A stretch of DNA of 64,000 nt from an uncultured Noviherbaspirillum sp. (GCA_965974465.1 CBHCMF010000001.1:6962-70961), one strand, 5' to 3'; shown: positions 12,197 through 21,795, counted from the stretch's first letter. Numbers and translations are program-made. Notes: generated from the letters alone by a model not told the origin.

Positions 12197-13936
12197 TCAA
12201 CGCACTTCCTCCATGATGCGCAGCCGTTCGTCGAAATTCCACGCGCGTCGAATCTCGATTACGTCGTAACGGCGCGCCAGCTCGGGCGGGAAGGCGCTGT
12301 AGCGCGCATTAATGCGCACGATGCGGCGAACGGCCTCGTCTAGTTCCGGCCGGCCGCTGGAACGATGGATGACGACGTCTTCTACGCTGCCATCACTGCG
12401 GATGGCTACCGTGACGACCGGATCGCCGTGGGCCTTGTCTACGGATGACTGTGGATAGTTCAGGTTGCCGTTGCGTTCAATCTTCAAGCGCCAGCTTTCC
12501 ACGTACATCATGAGACCGACGTCATGGTCAGTTTTACCGAAGAGCGAAGCGCGCCGGCGTGGCGGGTCGCCCCCGTCCGGTTGTGGTGTCGGCGGTACAT
12601 CGTCTTGCAGTAGGTCCGGTCTACGTGCTTGTTCAAGTGCCCGTCCGGCTAATCCACCACCCATCAGATTGCGTGGCAGTACCGGCAAATCAGTGCTGCG
12701 CACGTTGCCGGACGGTGACGCATCGCCGAGCACCAGTTCCGGGTCGGGCTGGCGTGCATTGGCCGCCTCGGCTTCGGTTTTCTGGCGTGCAACCAATGCA
12801 CGTTCCCGTTCTCTTGCAAGCAGCTCTTCGGCTTGGCGCTGCCGTTCGCGTTCGCGAGCGGCTTCCTCGTCCTGCTTTTTGGCCAGTAGCTCAGCGGCTT
12901 GGCGCACTCTCCTCTCCGCGTCCAGACGGTCTTGTTCTTCGCGCTGTCTCGCTGCCAATTCGAGTGCACGCCGCGCAGCTTCTTCCTGTTCGCGCTTTTG
13001 CTGTTCCTCAGCGTGTTTCTGTAATGCGAGCGCCGCCTGTTGACGCGCACTTTCCTCTGCTTTCAGGCGTTCCTCGCGTTCCATGGCCAGGCGTTGCTCC
13101 TGCATTCTGGCTTCTTCCTGTTGCCGTTCTTGCTTTTGTAACGTCTGTAATTCGGCGGCACGGCGTTGTGCCTCATCCCGTTGGCGGGCCTCCTGTTCCA
13201 GCTTCTGTATTTCATGCTGGCGGTACGCCGCCTCCTGTTCTTGCGCTAAGGCTTCCTGCTGTTGCCTTGCTCGCTCTTCTTCTGCCCGTTGTTGCTCCAC
13301 CTGTTCTTGTGCGCGGGCGGTTGGGTCTTCGCCAAGCGGCTCAGGTATGCCCTCGATCATGGGCAGCGCGGTGTTGGCGACAGGGGGCGTAGCAGTGTCG
13401 TTTTCATTTGGCACCTCGGGCGGTGTCGTATCGAGAGCGGGGGGCGGTACAACGAAGGGATCGTCGCGCGCTCCGTTGAGTGCGATCACTGGCACTTCCT
13501 TCTTCACGCGGGGGCGCGGCTTGCGTGTAAGGGCGCGTGAGGTGCTTTTCATCGCTTTGGGTTTCTTGCGTGCGATCGGTGTGGGTCGTGGCGGCCGCAG
13601 TGCTTCGGGCGATGAATAGAGTTTCAGACTGGTGCCCGGGGAGAGCGGCATATGGCGAGCGGCCTCAGCAGCAGGTGGTTTCTCCTCGTTAGTCGGCGGC
13701 GCCATCGTTGGGGTTGGCGCTTGTGCGGCATCGGCCAGAACGACAGTGAGATCGACCGTCTGTGCTCGGCGCTCACGCCACGGCAACTCAAGCGCCGGGA
13801 GGCCGATTCCCGGAATTCCGAACTGGAGCGACAGAATCAGCGCATGCAGCAGCAGCGACAATGCTACTGCACCTGTTAGCCGCACATGGTGCCGTCTGGG
13901 CGCTTGAATAAGGTGAGCAGTGGGCGCGAAATTCAT
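12197..13936 (-). CDS. TonB/TolA-like protein with a long coiled coil and a TonB C-terminal domain
   Basis: N-terminal TM with SLLLHA motif, Pro-rich linker, E/Q/R-rich helix, C-terminal IRSDGSV...SSGRPELDEA. Confidence 0.85.
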   Translation of the reverse strand: MNFAPTAHLIQAPRRHHVRLTGAVALSLLLHALILSLQFGIPGIGLPALELPWRERRAQTVDLTVVLADAAQAPTPTMAPPTNEEKPPAAEAARHMPLSPGTSLKLYSSPEALRPPRPTPIARKKPKAMKSTSRALTRKPRPRVKKEVPVIALNGARDDPFVVPPPALDTTPPEVPNENDTATPPVANTALPMIEGIPEPLGEDPTARAQEQVEQQRAEEERARQQQEALAQEQEAAYRQHEIQKLEQEARQRDEAQRRAAELQTLQKQERQQEEARMQEQRLAMEREERLKAEESARQQAALALQKHAEEQQKREQEEAARRALELAARQREEQDRLDAERRVRQAAELLAKKQDEEAARERERQRQAEELLARERERALVARQKTEAEAANARQPDPELVLGDASPSGNVRSTDLPVLPRNLMGGGLAGRALEQARRPDLLQDDVPPTPQPDGGDPPRRRASLFGKTDHDVGLMMYVESWRLKIERNGNLNYPQSSVDKAHGDPVVTVAIRSDGSVEDVVIHRSSGRPELDEAVRRIVRINARYSAFPPELARRYDVIEIRRAWNFDERLRIMEEVR

Positions 13937-14121
13937 GCAGACGTTCGATCAGATCCAGTCGGCTTTACAACATGGTTGCTTCTCGCTGCCGGGCTGACAC
14001 ACGAAAAGACAACGGTTAAGAAGAATCTTCTTGCATCCGTGACGCAAGAAAGACGTAAGGGTATGTTGTTGCTTGTTTTTTCAGCACTTGCTCATGCTGT
14101 GCAAGCGAATGCGGAGCGTGT

Positions 14122-15048
14122 TCAGCTTGCCCCGATGAGCACCTTTACATGCGCTGCCGCGCTGCGTGCCAGTGCTGACAGTGCATATCCACCTTCCAGG
14201 CAAGACACCACACGCCCCTGGGCATGACGATGCGCGACTTCCATCACCTTGCTCGTCGCCCATTCGTAGTCGGCTTCCACCAAGGCGAGCGTGCTCATGT
14301 CATCTTCACGATGGCCGTCGAAGCCGGCGGAGATGAAAATCATCTGTGGCTTGAAGGCCTCCAGTGCGGGCATCCACGCCTGTTCGATCGCAGACCGGAA
14401 TGCGTCACCACCCGCACGCGCCTGCAGGCCAATATTGAGCATATTGGCGCCACGTGGCACATCGCCGCAGAACGGATACAGATTCAGTTCAAAGGTGGAG
14501 CACATCAGTACGCGCAGATCGTCGGAAAAAATCTCCTCGCTACCGTTCCCGTGATGAACATCGAAATCGATCAGCGCGATGCGTTCCAGACCGTGCACGT
14601 CGAGTGCATGGCGAATACCGACCGCGACATTATTGAAGAAACAAAAGCCGCCAGCGCATGCCCGTTCCGCATGATGCCCTGGCGGGCGTACGTTGCAAAA
14701 TGCGACTGGCGCTGCACCGCTCAGGACCAGGTCGGTCGCCAGCACTGCAGCGCCTGCCGCTCGTAAAGCGGCTTGGTAGGAATGCGCATTCATCCAAGTG
14801 TCGGGGTCAAGCTGCTCGTAGCCCGAAGACGGCGACTTGGCCGCAATTTCATGCACGTATAACAAAGAATGGGCGCGGCTGAGCTGTTCTTCGGTGACCA
14901 GAGGCGCCTCGTGGCTCTGCATGAATCCAAGCAGCCCTTTGATCAGTAAATGGTCCCGAATCGCGGCGATGCGCTCAGGACATTCCGGATGGTGCGCGCC
15001 CATTTCATGCTTGCTGCAATCCGGATGGGAAATATAGGCGGGTAGCAT
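14122..15048 (-). CDS. Histone deacetylase family amidohydrolase
   Basis: HPECPER, RPPGHHA, GFCFFNN, DFDVHHGNG, SAGFDGH, LEGGY. Confidence 0.95.
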   Translation of the reverse strand: MLPAYISHPDCSKHEMGAHHPECPERIAAIRDHLLIKGLLGFMQSHEAPLVTEEQLSRAHSLLYVHEIAAKSPSSGYEQLDPDTWMNAHSYQAALRAAGAAVLATDLVLSGAAPVAFCNVRPPGHHAERACAGGFCFFNNVAVGIRHALDVHGLERIALIDFDVHHGNGSEEIFSDDLRVLMCSTFELNLYPFCGDVPRGANMLNIGLQARAGGDAFRSAIEQAWMPALEAFKPQMIFISAGFDGHREDDMSTLALVEADYEWATSKVMEVAHRHAQGRVVSCLEGGYALSALARSAAAHVKVLIGAS

Positions 15049-15202
15049 GCGAATAACACGAGGTGATGTCAGTAGAGAGAGGCGTGTGCAATGTTTCCCT
15101 CTGGATGACTTGAGAAGAACCAGAATGCACTGCGCTTGCCAGCAGCATATAGTGCGGCAACCTGAGGTGCATTTCCTTGTTCAAAATCAATCTTTCCTGC
15201 CG

Positions 15203-16105
15203 TCAGGGCAATGGCACACGTTTGCGGGCGGCTGCGCTGATTGCCACTACGGCTGGATGGCTCAAGCGACGCTCCACCGAAATCGCATAGAACTGTTCGA
15301 CAATGGCATCGGTGTGGGCGATTTCCAGTACACCATACTGCCGTTTTACTTGCGCAGCAACGAGCGACGGGGTGGCGAAGATGCCGATGCCGGCGCCGCC
15401 GAATTCCTTGAGCAGCGCACCGTCATCAAATTCACCGACAATACGCGGACGAATCCGTTCCTTGTCGAACCATTTCTGCAGACGCGGCCGTAATGCCGCA
15501 TCATCACCCGGCAGTAGGAAGGGCGCACCATCCAGGCTCTGCGGAAAACCTTTCTTGACCTGCTTTGCCAATGCCGGCGCAGCCAGAAAGTGGATGCCAC
15601 ATTCGCCGAGTAGATGGCTGTAGCCGCGCACATTGCTGTTGACCGGCATCGGTCCATCGGCGATCACGATATCGAAGCTCTGAATCGCCAGTCCCGCCAG
15701 TAGTGTGGCGAGCTTTCCTTCGCGGCACACGACACGCAGTGTTTCCGGCAATCTCAGCGCTGGTTCGAGCAGCATGTAGGCAATCGACTTCTGTACCGAG
15801 TCGACGACACCGACCGTGAATTGCAATGGCCGGTCGCCGGGCCGATGCCGCAGCATTTCCTCTAGTTCCTCGCCTAGAGAAAAAATTTCATCCGCATAGC
15901 TGAACACCATGCGCCCTGCCTCGTTAAGCTGTAAGCGGCGCCCGATACGGTCGAACAAGGTATAACCGAGCATTTCCTCCAGCATGCCGATCTGGCCACT
16001 GATCGTTTGTGGCGTCAGATGTAATTGCTCGCTCGCACGACCAAGGCCGCCGCATTTAGCGACGACCCAGAAGTAATGCAGATGCTTGTAGTTGAGTAAG
16101 CCCAT
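15203..16105 (-). CDS. nhaR: LysR-family transcriptional activator, NhaR type
   Basis: LNYKHLHYFWVVAK.G, LTPQTISGQI, VGEFDDGALLK.FG, YAISVERRLSHPAV. Confidence 0.88.
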   Translation of the reverse strand: MGLLNYKHLHYFWVVAKCGGLGRASEQLHLTPQTISGQIGMLEEMLGYTLFDRIGRRLQLNEAGRMVFSYADEIFSLGEELEEMLRHRPGDRPLQFTVGVVDSVQKSIAYMLLEPALRLPETLRVVCREGKLATLLAGLAIQSFDIVIADGPMPVNSNVRGYSHLLGECGIHFLAAPALAKQVKKGFPQSLDGAPFLLPGDDAALRPRLQKWFDKERIRPRIVGEFDDGALLKEFGGAGIGIFATPSLVAAQVKRQYGVLEIAHTDAIVEQFYAISVERRLSHPAVVAISAAARKRVPLP

Positions 16106-16117
16106 CGATGTTACGTA

Positions 16118-16132
16118 TTCGGTTTTTTCGAA
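16118..16132. promoter_or_regulatory. Candidate LysR (NhaR) binding palindrome in the divergent promoter
   Basis: TTCG-N7-CGAA containing T-N11-A, in AT-rich DNA between nhaR and the divergent operon. Confidence 0.55.
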
Positions 16133-16235
16133 TAAAAAAACGACTATATTCGAATTTTAAATGGAGTCGACATGGTCTAGAGTGAATTTAAGGCTGGCAG
16201 CAAGAGCCCTTAATAGAACCACTCAGGAGGTTGTC

Positions 16236-16532
16236 ATGAAAGTTGATGTCCATGCCCAAGGTTTTCCGCTGACCACTGCACTGACCGAACATACCGAGCG
16301 TCGTTTGCGTTTCGCATTGAAACATGCCGCCGAGCGTGTGCAGCATGTGACGGTAAGGCTGGCCGATATCAATGGGCCGCGTGGCGGTGTCGACAAGAAA
16401 TGCAGCGTGCATATCGTGATGCGCGGTATTCCCGATATCGTGACCGAAGATACTGAGTCCGATATGTATATTGCGATTAATCGCGCCATCGATCGTGGTG
16501 GACGCACCGCGCTGCGTCGCATGACGCACTGA
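16236..16532 (+). CDS. HPF/RaiA family ribosome-associated protein
   Basis: RBS AGGAGG; VTVRLADINGPRGGVDKKC, DMYIAINRA. Confidence 0.88.
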   Translation: MKVDVHAQGFPLTTALTEHTERRLRFALKHAAERVQHVTVRLADINGPRGGVDKKCSVHIVMRGIPDIVTEDTESDMYIAINRAIDRGGRTALRRMTH

Positions 16533-16607
16533 ACGGAAAGTAAGCGTAAGCCGGGTTGCATCGGATCCGATGTAACTCGTTTTTTTCAATGACCGGAGGA
16601 ACTTCAG

Positions 16608-16904
16608 ATGCAATGCCCAGTTTGTACGAACACGCAACTTGCCATGTCGGACCGGCAAGGAATTGAAATCGATTATTGTCCGCAATGCCGTGGTGTCTGG
16701 CTCGACCGCGGCGAACTCGATAAGATCATCGAACGCTCGGCAGTCATGCCACCCGTGCAACAACGCAGCGAGCGATTCGATGTGCCCCAGGAACGGCATG
16801 GTCATGAACAACATAGTTTTGGCCGGCAGGGGTATTACAAGGACGACCATCACCGTCGAAAGAAAAAGGAAGGCTTTCTCAGCGACCTGTTCGATTTCGA
16901 TTGA
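16608..16904 (+). CDS. zf-TFIIB domain small protein
   Basis: MQCPVC...IEIDYCPQCRGVWLDRGELDKII, C-terminal KKKEGFLSDLFDF. Confidence 0.9.
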   Translation: MQCPVCTNTQLAMSDRQGIEIDYCPQCRGVWLDRGELDKIIERSAVMPPVQQRSERFDVPQERHGHEQHSFGRQGYYKDDHHRRKKKEGFLSDLFDFD

Positions 16905-16985
16905 TCTGCCTCCTTGTCTCAGTCCGGCAAAGGGGGAAAATAAAACGATGCTTGTTCATCGACATTTTCATCCTTACTCGGCACC

Positions 16986-18068
16986 ATGACCGAACGGGAC
17001 CTCTCCGTTGCCACGCGCACCGCCTTGCTCTGGCTTCTGCTGGGAGGGCTGTTCGTGCTTGCCTACATGACGTTGCACTGGTTTATCGTACCGGTGGTGT
17101 GGGCGTTGATTCTGGCCTACGTTACTTGGCCTTTGTACGCGCGCTTGCGGCAAGGCTTGGGCGGCGCTCCTATGGCCAGCGCCTTGTTGATGACCCTGCT
17201 TCTCACCACCGCATTCGTACTGCCGTTATTGGGGTTGGTTGCTTTATTGCAGAACGAGTTTGTGCTTGCTTATCAGATCGTATCCGAACATTTGAATGAG
17301 GGGCCGCCGCGCTTGCCGGATATCGTCAGGAGCATTCCCTGGTTAGGCGAGCGTCTGCAGCAGCTGCTCGAACGTCTTGCCGGTAATCCGGATATGCTGC
17401 GTATCGAAGCATTACGCTTAGCCCAGAACTGGTTTGGCGAGGTGGCTAATCTGGTCGGCGGTGTGGGGCGCAATGCGGCCAAGATGGGCTTTGCCGTCCT
17501 CACCATTCTGTTCATCTATCGTGATGGCGAAAATCTGTTGAATCAGGTGCGTCGCGTGATGTGGCGTTTTCTCGGCGCGCGTGCCAATCCCTATCTTGAG
17601 GCCATTGGGGGGACCACCAAGGCCGTGTTGTATGGCCTGGTGTTAACAGCGCTGGCGCAAGGGATCTTGGCTGGGCTTGGTTATTGGGCCGCCGGCATCC
17701 ATGCTCCGGCCTTGTTCGGCGCATTTACTGCGCTCATTGCCCTGATTCCTTTCGGTACCCCCTTTGTCTGGGGCTCTCTCGGTGTCTGGCTGCTCGTGAG
17801 TGGGAATACGCTTGAGGGAATTGGCCTGCTGTTGTGGGGAATGTTGGCGGTGAGCTGGGTTGACAACCTCATCCGGCCGCTGGTGATCAGCAGCGCATCG
17901 CAAATCCCCTTCTTGCTGGTGATGTTCGGTGTGCTGGGCGGCTTGGCGGCCTTCGGTCTGGTTGGTATGTTTGTTGGCCCGGTCGTCGTCGCCGTTCTGA
18001 TGGCGGTTTGGCGTGAGTGGCTAGAAGAACGGGGGCCGGAGATCGTGACGAAGCGCGCGCAAGAATAA
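16986..18068 (+). CDS. AI-2E family transporter
   Basis: Multi-TM; DNLIRPLVIS, FGVLGGLAAFGLVGMFVGP. Confidence 0.9.
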   Translation: MTERDLSVATRTALLWLLLGGLFVLAYMTLHWFIVPVVWALILAYVTWPLYARLRQGLGGAPMASALLMTLLLTTAFVLPLLGLVALLQNEFVLAYQIVSEHLNEGPPRLPDIVRSIPWLGERLQQLLERLAGNPDMLRIEALRLAQNWFGEVANLVGGVGRNAAKMGFAVLTILFIYRDGENLLNQVRRVMWRFLGARANPYLEAIGGTTKAVLYGLVLTALAQGILAGLGYWAAGIHAPALFGAFTALIALIPFGTPFVWGSLGVWLLVSGNTLEGIGLLLWGMLAVSWVDNLIRPLVISSASQIPFLLVMFGVLGGLAAFGLVGMFVGPVVVAVLMAVWREWLEERGPEIVTKRAQE

Positions 18069-18254
18069 AAGGGGCCAGTTTTTTATAGGCTTTCTACATT
18101 GGCATCAGAGTCGTTGCCATAACGGCATGTTGTTGCGGCGTGGCGATAGCGTTGTATCCCGCTCGTCTGCTTTCCTTGCATTTCGCAAATTACGATGCAA
18201 TATGGAAATATGTCATGAGCCTCGTTGTGATGAACAACAGGCTGAAAGGCAAAC

Positions 18255-19316
18255 ATGTTGCGTCTTACTCTCCCTGCTGCGCTTGGATTTGCAGTGCTGG
18301 CCGCCTATGGCGGGACAGCATGGGCCGATGACGTGCATCCAGTTGTGGATACTGTAGACATCGGGCGCAGTGATTCTTCCTCCTTTCTTACTGACACCAT
18401 GGCGGTGCCGATGGTCGGTAGCACGGCTTCTTTTTCATTGTTCGTGCAGGACCAGGACGGCAGAGAACTTGCCGTGGGTGTTGGCGGACTGGCAGCACAC
18501 CATGTCGGTGCTGGTGCGCTGCAATTATCGCAAGGGCCATTATTGGCGCCAGTGGCGGCATTGGCCAATCCGTATGTCACGTTGGTGCCAGATGCTTTGC
18601 ATGTAACGTTTGCGCAGCAAGTCGGTGAGGTGAAGCTGCGCATTGGCATGTCGACCTCCACCTTCCCTCTCGCGCTGGCCTCGCAGCATGGCACACTGCC
18701 CTCATTCACTACGCCAGCGGAAGGAACATCGGGTCTGGTGGAAATATCGAAATCCTTCGGTACTGCCGCACTGTCTGCGTCCTTGTCGCAAACGCGGGAA
18801 TCGGACACCTATCTTGGCTCATCTACAAGGGGACTGCTATCGCTTTTCCCTGGTGCCTCGACCCGGGCGTTTCAACTTACCGGTGCAGTGATGCTCGCGC
18901 CCAAATTGGCATTGGCTGGACAGGCTGCTTATGGTGTGACGCTCGGCAGCGACAACCAAAATATTGAAGTCGCCACCACCCGTAGCAATGCGTTCTCTCT
19001 TGCGCTGGTCGCCGCTGATCGTCTCAAGCGTGGTGACTCGTTCAGTGTCTCATTGTCGCAGCCCCTGCGTGCTTATTCTGGTCGGTTTTCGATGGACGTG
19101 CTGTCGCACTCCCGAGGCAGCGGCTCATTGCGCGAACGACTGGTGCTCACGATGGTGCCGCTGGGACGTGCAATGCGCTTGCAACTGAGCTATCAGGCGC
19201 CAGCAGGCCAAGGTGCGAATTTCGGTGCCTCGCTGATTGTGCGTCGCAACCGGAATAACGTGGAGGATGTTGCGCTCGAACGTCTTCTGGTATTGCGGTA
19301 TTTAAAGCAGTTTTAG
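18255..19316 (+). CDS. Exported beta-rich hypothetical protein (possible outer-membrane barrel-like)
   Basis: Signal peptide (AWA), alternating amphipathic strands, C-terminal YLKQF. Confidence 0.6.
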   Translation: MLRLTLPAALGFAVLAAYGGTAWADDVHPVVDTVDIGRSDSSSFLTDTMAVPMVGSTASFSLFVQDQDGRELAVGVGGLAAHHVGAGALQLSQGPLLAPVAALANPYVTLVPDALHVTFAQQVGEVKLRIGMSTSTFPLALASQHGTLPSFTTPAEGTSGLVEISKSFGTAALSASLSQTRESDTYLGSSTRGLLSLFPGASTRAFQLTGAVMLAPKLALAGQAAYGVTLGSDNQNIEVATTRSNAFSLALVAADRLKRGDSFSVSLSQPLRAYSGRFSMDVLSHSRGSGSLRERLVLTMVPLGRAMRLQLSYQAPAGQGANFGASLIVRRNRNNVEDVALERLLVLRYLKQF

Positions 19317-19578
19317 AAGATGGGCTCGGCACCCCCGTAGCTATGCAATCTAACGTTGGATAAAGTCGAGGCTGCACTGAATTGTAATAACTCAGACTTT
19401 ATCTGCTAAGCAGTGTCAGATTTGATCGAGATTGAAATCTGCTCTACAGCCGCAGCTCGGCCACTTCCGGTCATTCCTATTCCATACGGAAGCTGCCGTT
19501 CCGGCAGCAAAGCACCTCTATTTTATTGCTTGGTAGAAAATTTGCATCTTCATTGGGTAGAATTCACGAGCTAGACAC

Positions 19579-19637
19579 TTATCAGTTAGCGTGCTGATTT
19601 ATCAGTCAGACCGTGACGTATAAAATTAGTTAAAGGG
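19579..19637 (+). other. attI-like recombination site at the head of the array
   Basis: TATAAAATTA-GTTAAAG core, preceded by direct repeats TTATCAGTTAG (19579-19589) and TTATCAGTCAG (19599-19609), with no attC hairpin. Confidence 0.6.
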
Positions 19638-19662
19638 CTCACATGACCATAGGGTTTACACT

Positions 19663-20175
19663 TTGATCATTCTTCCAGCTGTACCGGAGAGGAAGTGGAA
19701 AATAACTTCAGCGATATTTGTGAATGCACTGTTGGCTATAGGGCTCTACCTGTTCATCGTGAAGGACCGAGGTTTAAACTCTGACTCCCACGGGTTTTGG
19801 TTGTTATGGTTAGGTTTTGTTGGGCTAGCTGCTATTGGCACACTTTCCTTCGAGCGCGTAGAAATCCGTCAGCATTCGTTTGAGCTGATAAAAACACGCT
19901 TCTTCTTAGGTCTAATTCCCCTGTCGATAAAACGGCACAGCCTTGCAGGCGCTAAATACATAAAAAGATACGTTAAGCGGGCATCGGGGTATGACAGTGG
20001 CAGTGACGGTATATATCGTCCATCCATCGTCCTCGTGTGTGGCGACGGCAAGGAAATATTGATACAGCAATTCTTCGACTGCGCAAGCAACGTGCATCCA
20101 CTATCGCAGCAGTGGGCAAGGAAAATCGCAGAAGCGTCTGGCCTTCAAGTAATCGACATAGTTGAATCATGGTGA
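19663..20175 (+). CDS. Cassette 1: membrane protein (2 TM plus soluble C-terminal domain)
   Basis: 170-aa ORF from TTG; the ATG at 19643 is out of frame, so the 5' end may be damaged. Confidence 0.65.
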   Translation: MIILPAVPERKWKITSAIFVNALLAIGLYLFIVKDRGLNSDSHGFWLLWLGFVGLAAIGTLSFERVEIRQHSFELIKTRFFLGLIPLSIKRHSLAGAKYIKRYVKRASGYDSGSDGIYRPSIVLVCGDGKEILIQQFFDCASNVHPLSQQWARKIAEASGLQVIDIVESW

Positions 20176-20182
20176 ATAATCC

Positions 20183-20240
20183 CTTTAACTCATCGCTGGA
20201 CAAGGACGTGCAAGCGCGCCTGTCCGCTTAATCGTTGAAC
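20183..20240 (+). repeat. attC-like site 1
   Basis: CTTTAAC ... GCTGGACAAGG..GCAAGC..CCTGTCCGC ... GTTGAAC; imperfect hairpin with single bulged bases. Confidence 0.8.
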
Positions 20241-20301
20241 AGACGGATCGCGCCGTGTCAGCACGGAAGACCCCGGCATGCCAGCTTAAAAATAGAAGAA
20301 A

Positions 20302-20814
20302 ATGCGACGCTTAAGTATGAACCACGGAGGAGTATTTCTGCTGTTTGGGGCTATAGTCCTCTGGTATGGCGTCATTGAATGGCTTGTTCAGCCATCAATG
20401 TTTCGGAAGACTACGGCAAGTATCTCTTCGACAGAAGTAAAGACGTATGTGACAAGAGCTCCAACTAGAGAAAGCCTCTTGTTCCAATACTTTTACAATG
20501 TGGATGGGAAGACGTTTAATAGCGGTGAAGCAGTCATGCTGAACGCATTAGGTTCTGCCGAGCGACGTGTCGAAATAGAAAAGTGGAGAGAGGTGCATCC
20601 GAAGGGAAGCACAATAGAAATACACTTTCATAATACCTTTCCACGACTCTCTTCTTCATATGGTAACTACCGAGAACTCGCCCGCAAAAACCTCTGGGTA
20701 CTTTCAGCCTTGCTTGTGGCCTCAGTAACATTTTTCATTCTTTTGCTTTGTATGATTTCAAATTGGATGCTGGCGCAGGCGGCAAGACGGGCAAACGAAA
20801 AATCAAAAAAATGA
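20302..20814 (+). CDS. Cassette 2: DUF3592-like membrane protein
   Basis: TM - beta region (YFYNVDGKTF, GSTIEIHF..FP..S) - TM architecture. Confidence 0.65.
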   Translation: MRRLSMNHGGVFLLFGAIVLWYGVIEWLVQPSMFRKTTASISSTEVKTYVTRAPTRESLLFQYFYNVDGKTFNSGEAVMLNALGSAERRVEIEKWREVHPKGSTIEIHFHNTFPRLSSSYGNYRELARKNLWVLSALLVASVTFFILLLCMISNWMLAQAARRANEKSKK

Positions 20815-20835
20815 ACGAAAAAATAAAGGCAGCGC

Positions 20836-20892
20836 ATGTTTCATGTATTTCAACACTGACGCGCAAGCGCACCGATTAACGCAGCATTAGGG
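20836..20892 (+). repeat. Degenerate attC-like site 2
   Basis: TCAACACTGACGCGCAAGCGCACCGATTAACGCAGC-ATTAGGG; the core reads ATT rather than GTT. Confidence 0.65.
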
Positions 20893-20902
20893 ATCAAAGC
20901 TT

Positions 20903-21397
20903 ATGCGTTTCACTGTAATTGTCTTTTCTATTGTGGCACTGCTGCCTCTTTCAGCGATTGCAAAGGTAAGTATATGTACTGATGCTGAAAAAGCTGAAAT
21001 TTTTGCTAGTTACGTAAAGTTTCGTAGCGCATCAAAGGCCGGGGATCTTCGCAAGGTAAAGGCGCTAAGCACCCCTGCTGTGGCCCAGCAAATTGCCGAC
21101 TTTGAAAGAACTGTAAAAGACCAATCTATGCTGGCACGGCAAATGGGTGGCTTTTCGCCGGCTCTTGAAGAAGCGCGTGAAGTTAAATGCGAGATTAGTG
21201 GTAAAAAATCTCGGTTGACCATTCAGAGTGAAACAAAGTCACAGGATAAATCTGCTGTTGTGACCCGAGTATTTAGTGTTGTCATGTTCGAAAAAGCAGG
21301 TGAAGGCTGGCTTGTTGGAATAAAAGGCAGCACAAATCCATTTGATTCGCAGCCCTTGGAATCTTTGCTTAAGCATGAACAGCTTCAACTACCATAA
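20903..21397 (+). CDS. Cassette 3: secreted hypothetical protein
   Basis: Signal peptide (AIA), two Cys, VMFEKAGEGWLV C-terminal strand pattern. Confidence 0.7.
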   Translation: MRFTVIVFSIVALLPLSAIAKVSICTDAEKAEIFASYVKFRSASKAGDLRKVKALSTPAVAQQIADFERTVKDQSMLARQMGGFSPALEEAREVKCEISGKKSRLTIQSETKSQDKSAVVTRVFSVVMFEKAGEGWLVGIKGSTNPFDSQPLESLLKHEQLQLP

Positions 21398-21422
21398 AAC
21401 TAGTTATGTTTCATAGCTATAG

Positions 21423-21794
21423 ATGAGCCGAGCAAAACGAACACGTGAGCAAGTGATTGGTGACCGAATAAAACGGGCAAAGGAGCTTGGTGACATTGAC
21501 TCACGCGATCCCAACAACATTCCCCCGCCAGGCGCAGTCATGGCTGATCCTAACGAACTTGCACACAATAATACCTATGGGCGCCTGCCACGATTTTATG
21601 TGGACAAAATAGTCGTATGCCGAAAGTGTGGGAAGGAAGAACTTTGGCCCGCAGCGCGCCAAAAATGGTGGTACGAAGAAGCAAAGGGCAATATTAATAC
21701 GCAAGCGGTACTTTGTAGAGCATGCCGTGAAGTTGAGAAACTGAGGAAGGCCGAAGCAAGGCGTATTCATTTGGACGGACTGGCGAAAAAATGA
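21423..21794 (+). CDS. Cassette 4: zinc-ribbon domain protein
   Basis: YVDKIVVCRKCG..ELW.AARQKWWYE...LCRACR (CxxC...CxxC). Confidence 0.8.
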   Translation: MSRAKRTREQVIGDRIKRAKELGDIDSRDPNNIPPPGAVMADPNELAHNNTYGRLPRFYVDKIVVCRKCGKEELWPAARQKWWYEEAKGNINTQAVLCRACREVEKLRKAEARRIHLDGLAKK

Positions 21795-21795
21795 A

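Noticed and set aside
19526-19563. Pc-like sigma-70 promoter (TTGCAT/TTGCTT with TAGAAT)
   Set aside because: Spacing to TAGAAT is wrong for both -35 candidates, so it is not supportable
19317-19578. Integrase gene or remnant upstream of the attI-like site
   Set aside because: The gap is only about 260 bp and I found no tyrosine-recombinase motif (such as HxLRH)
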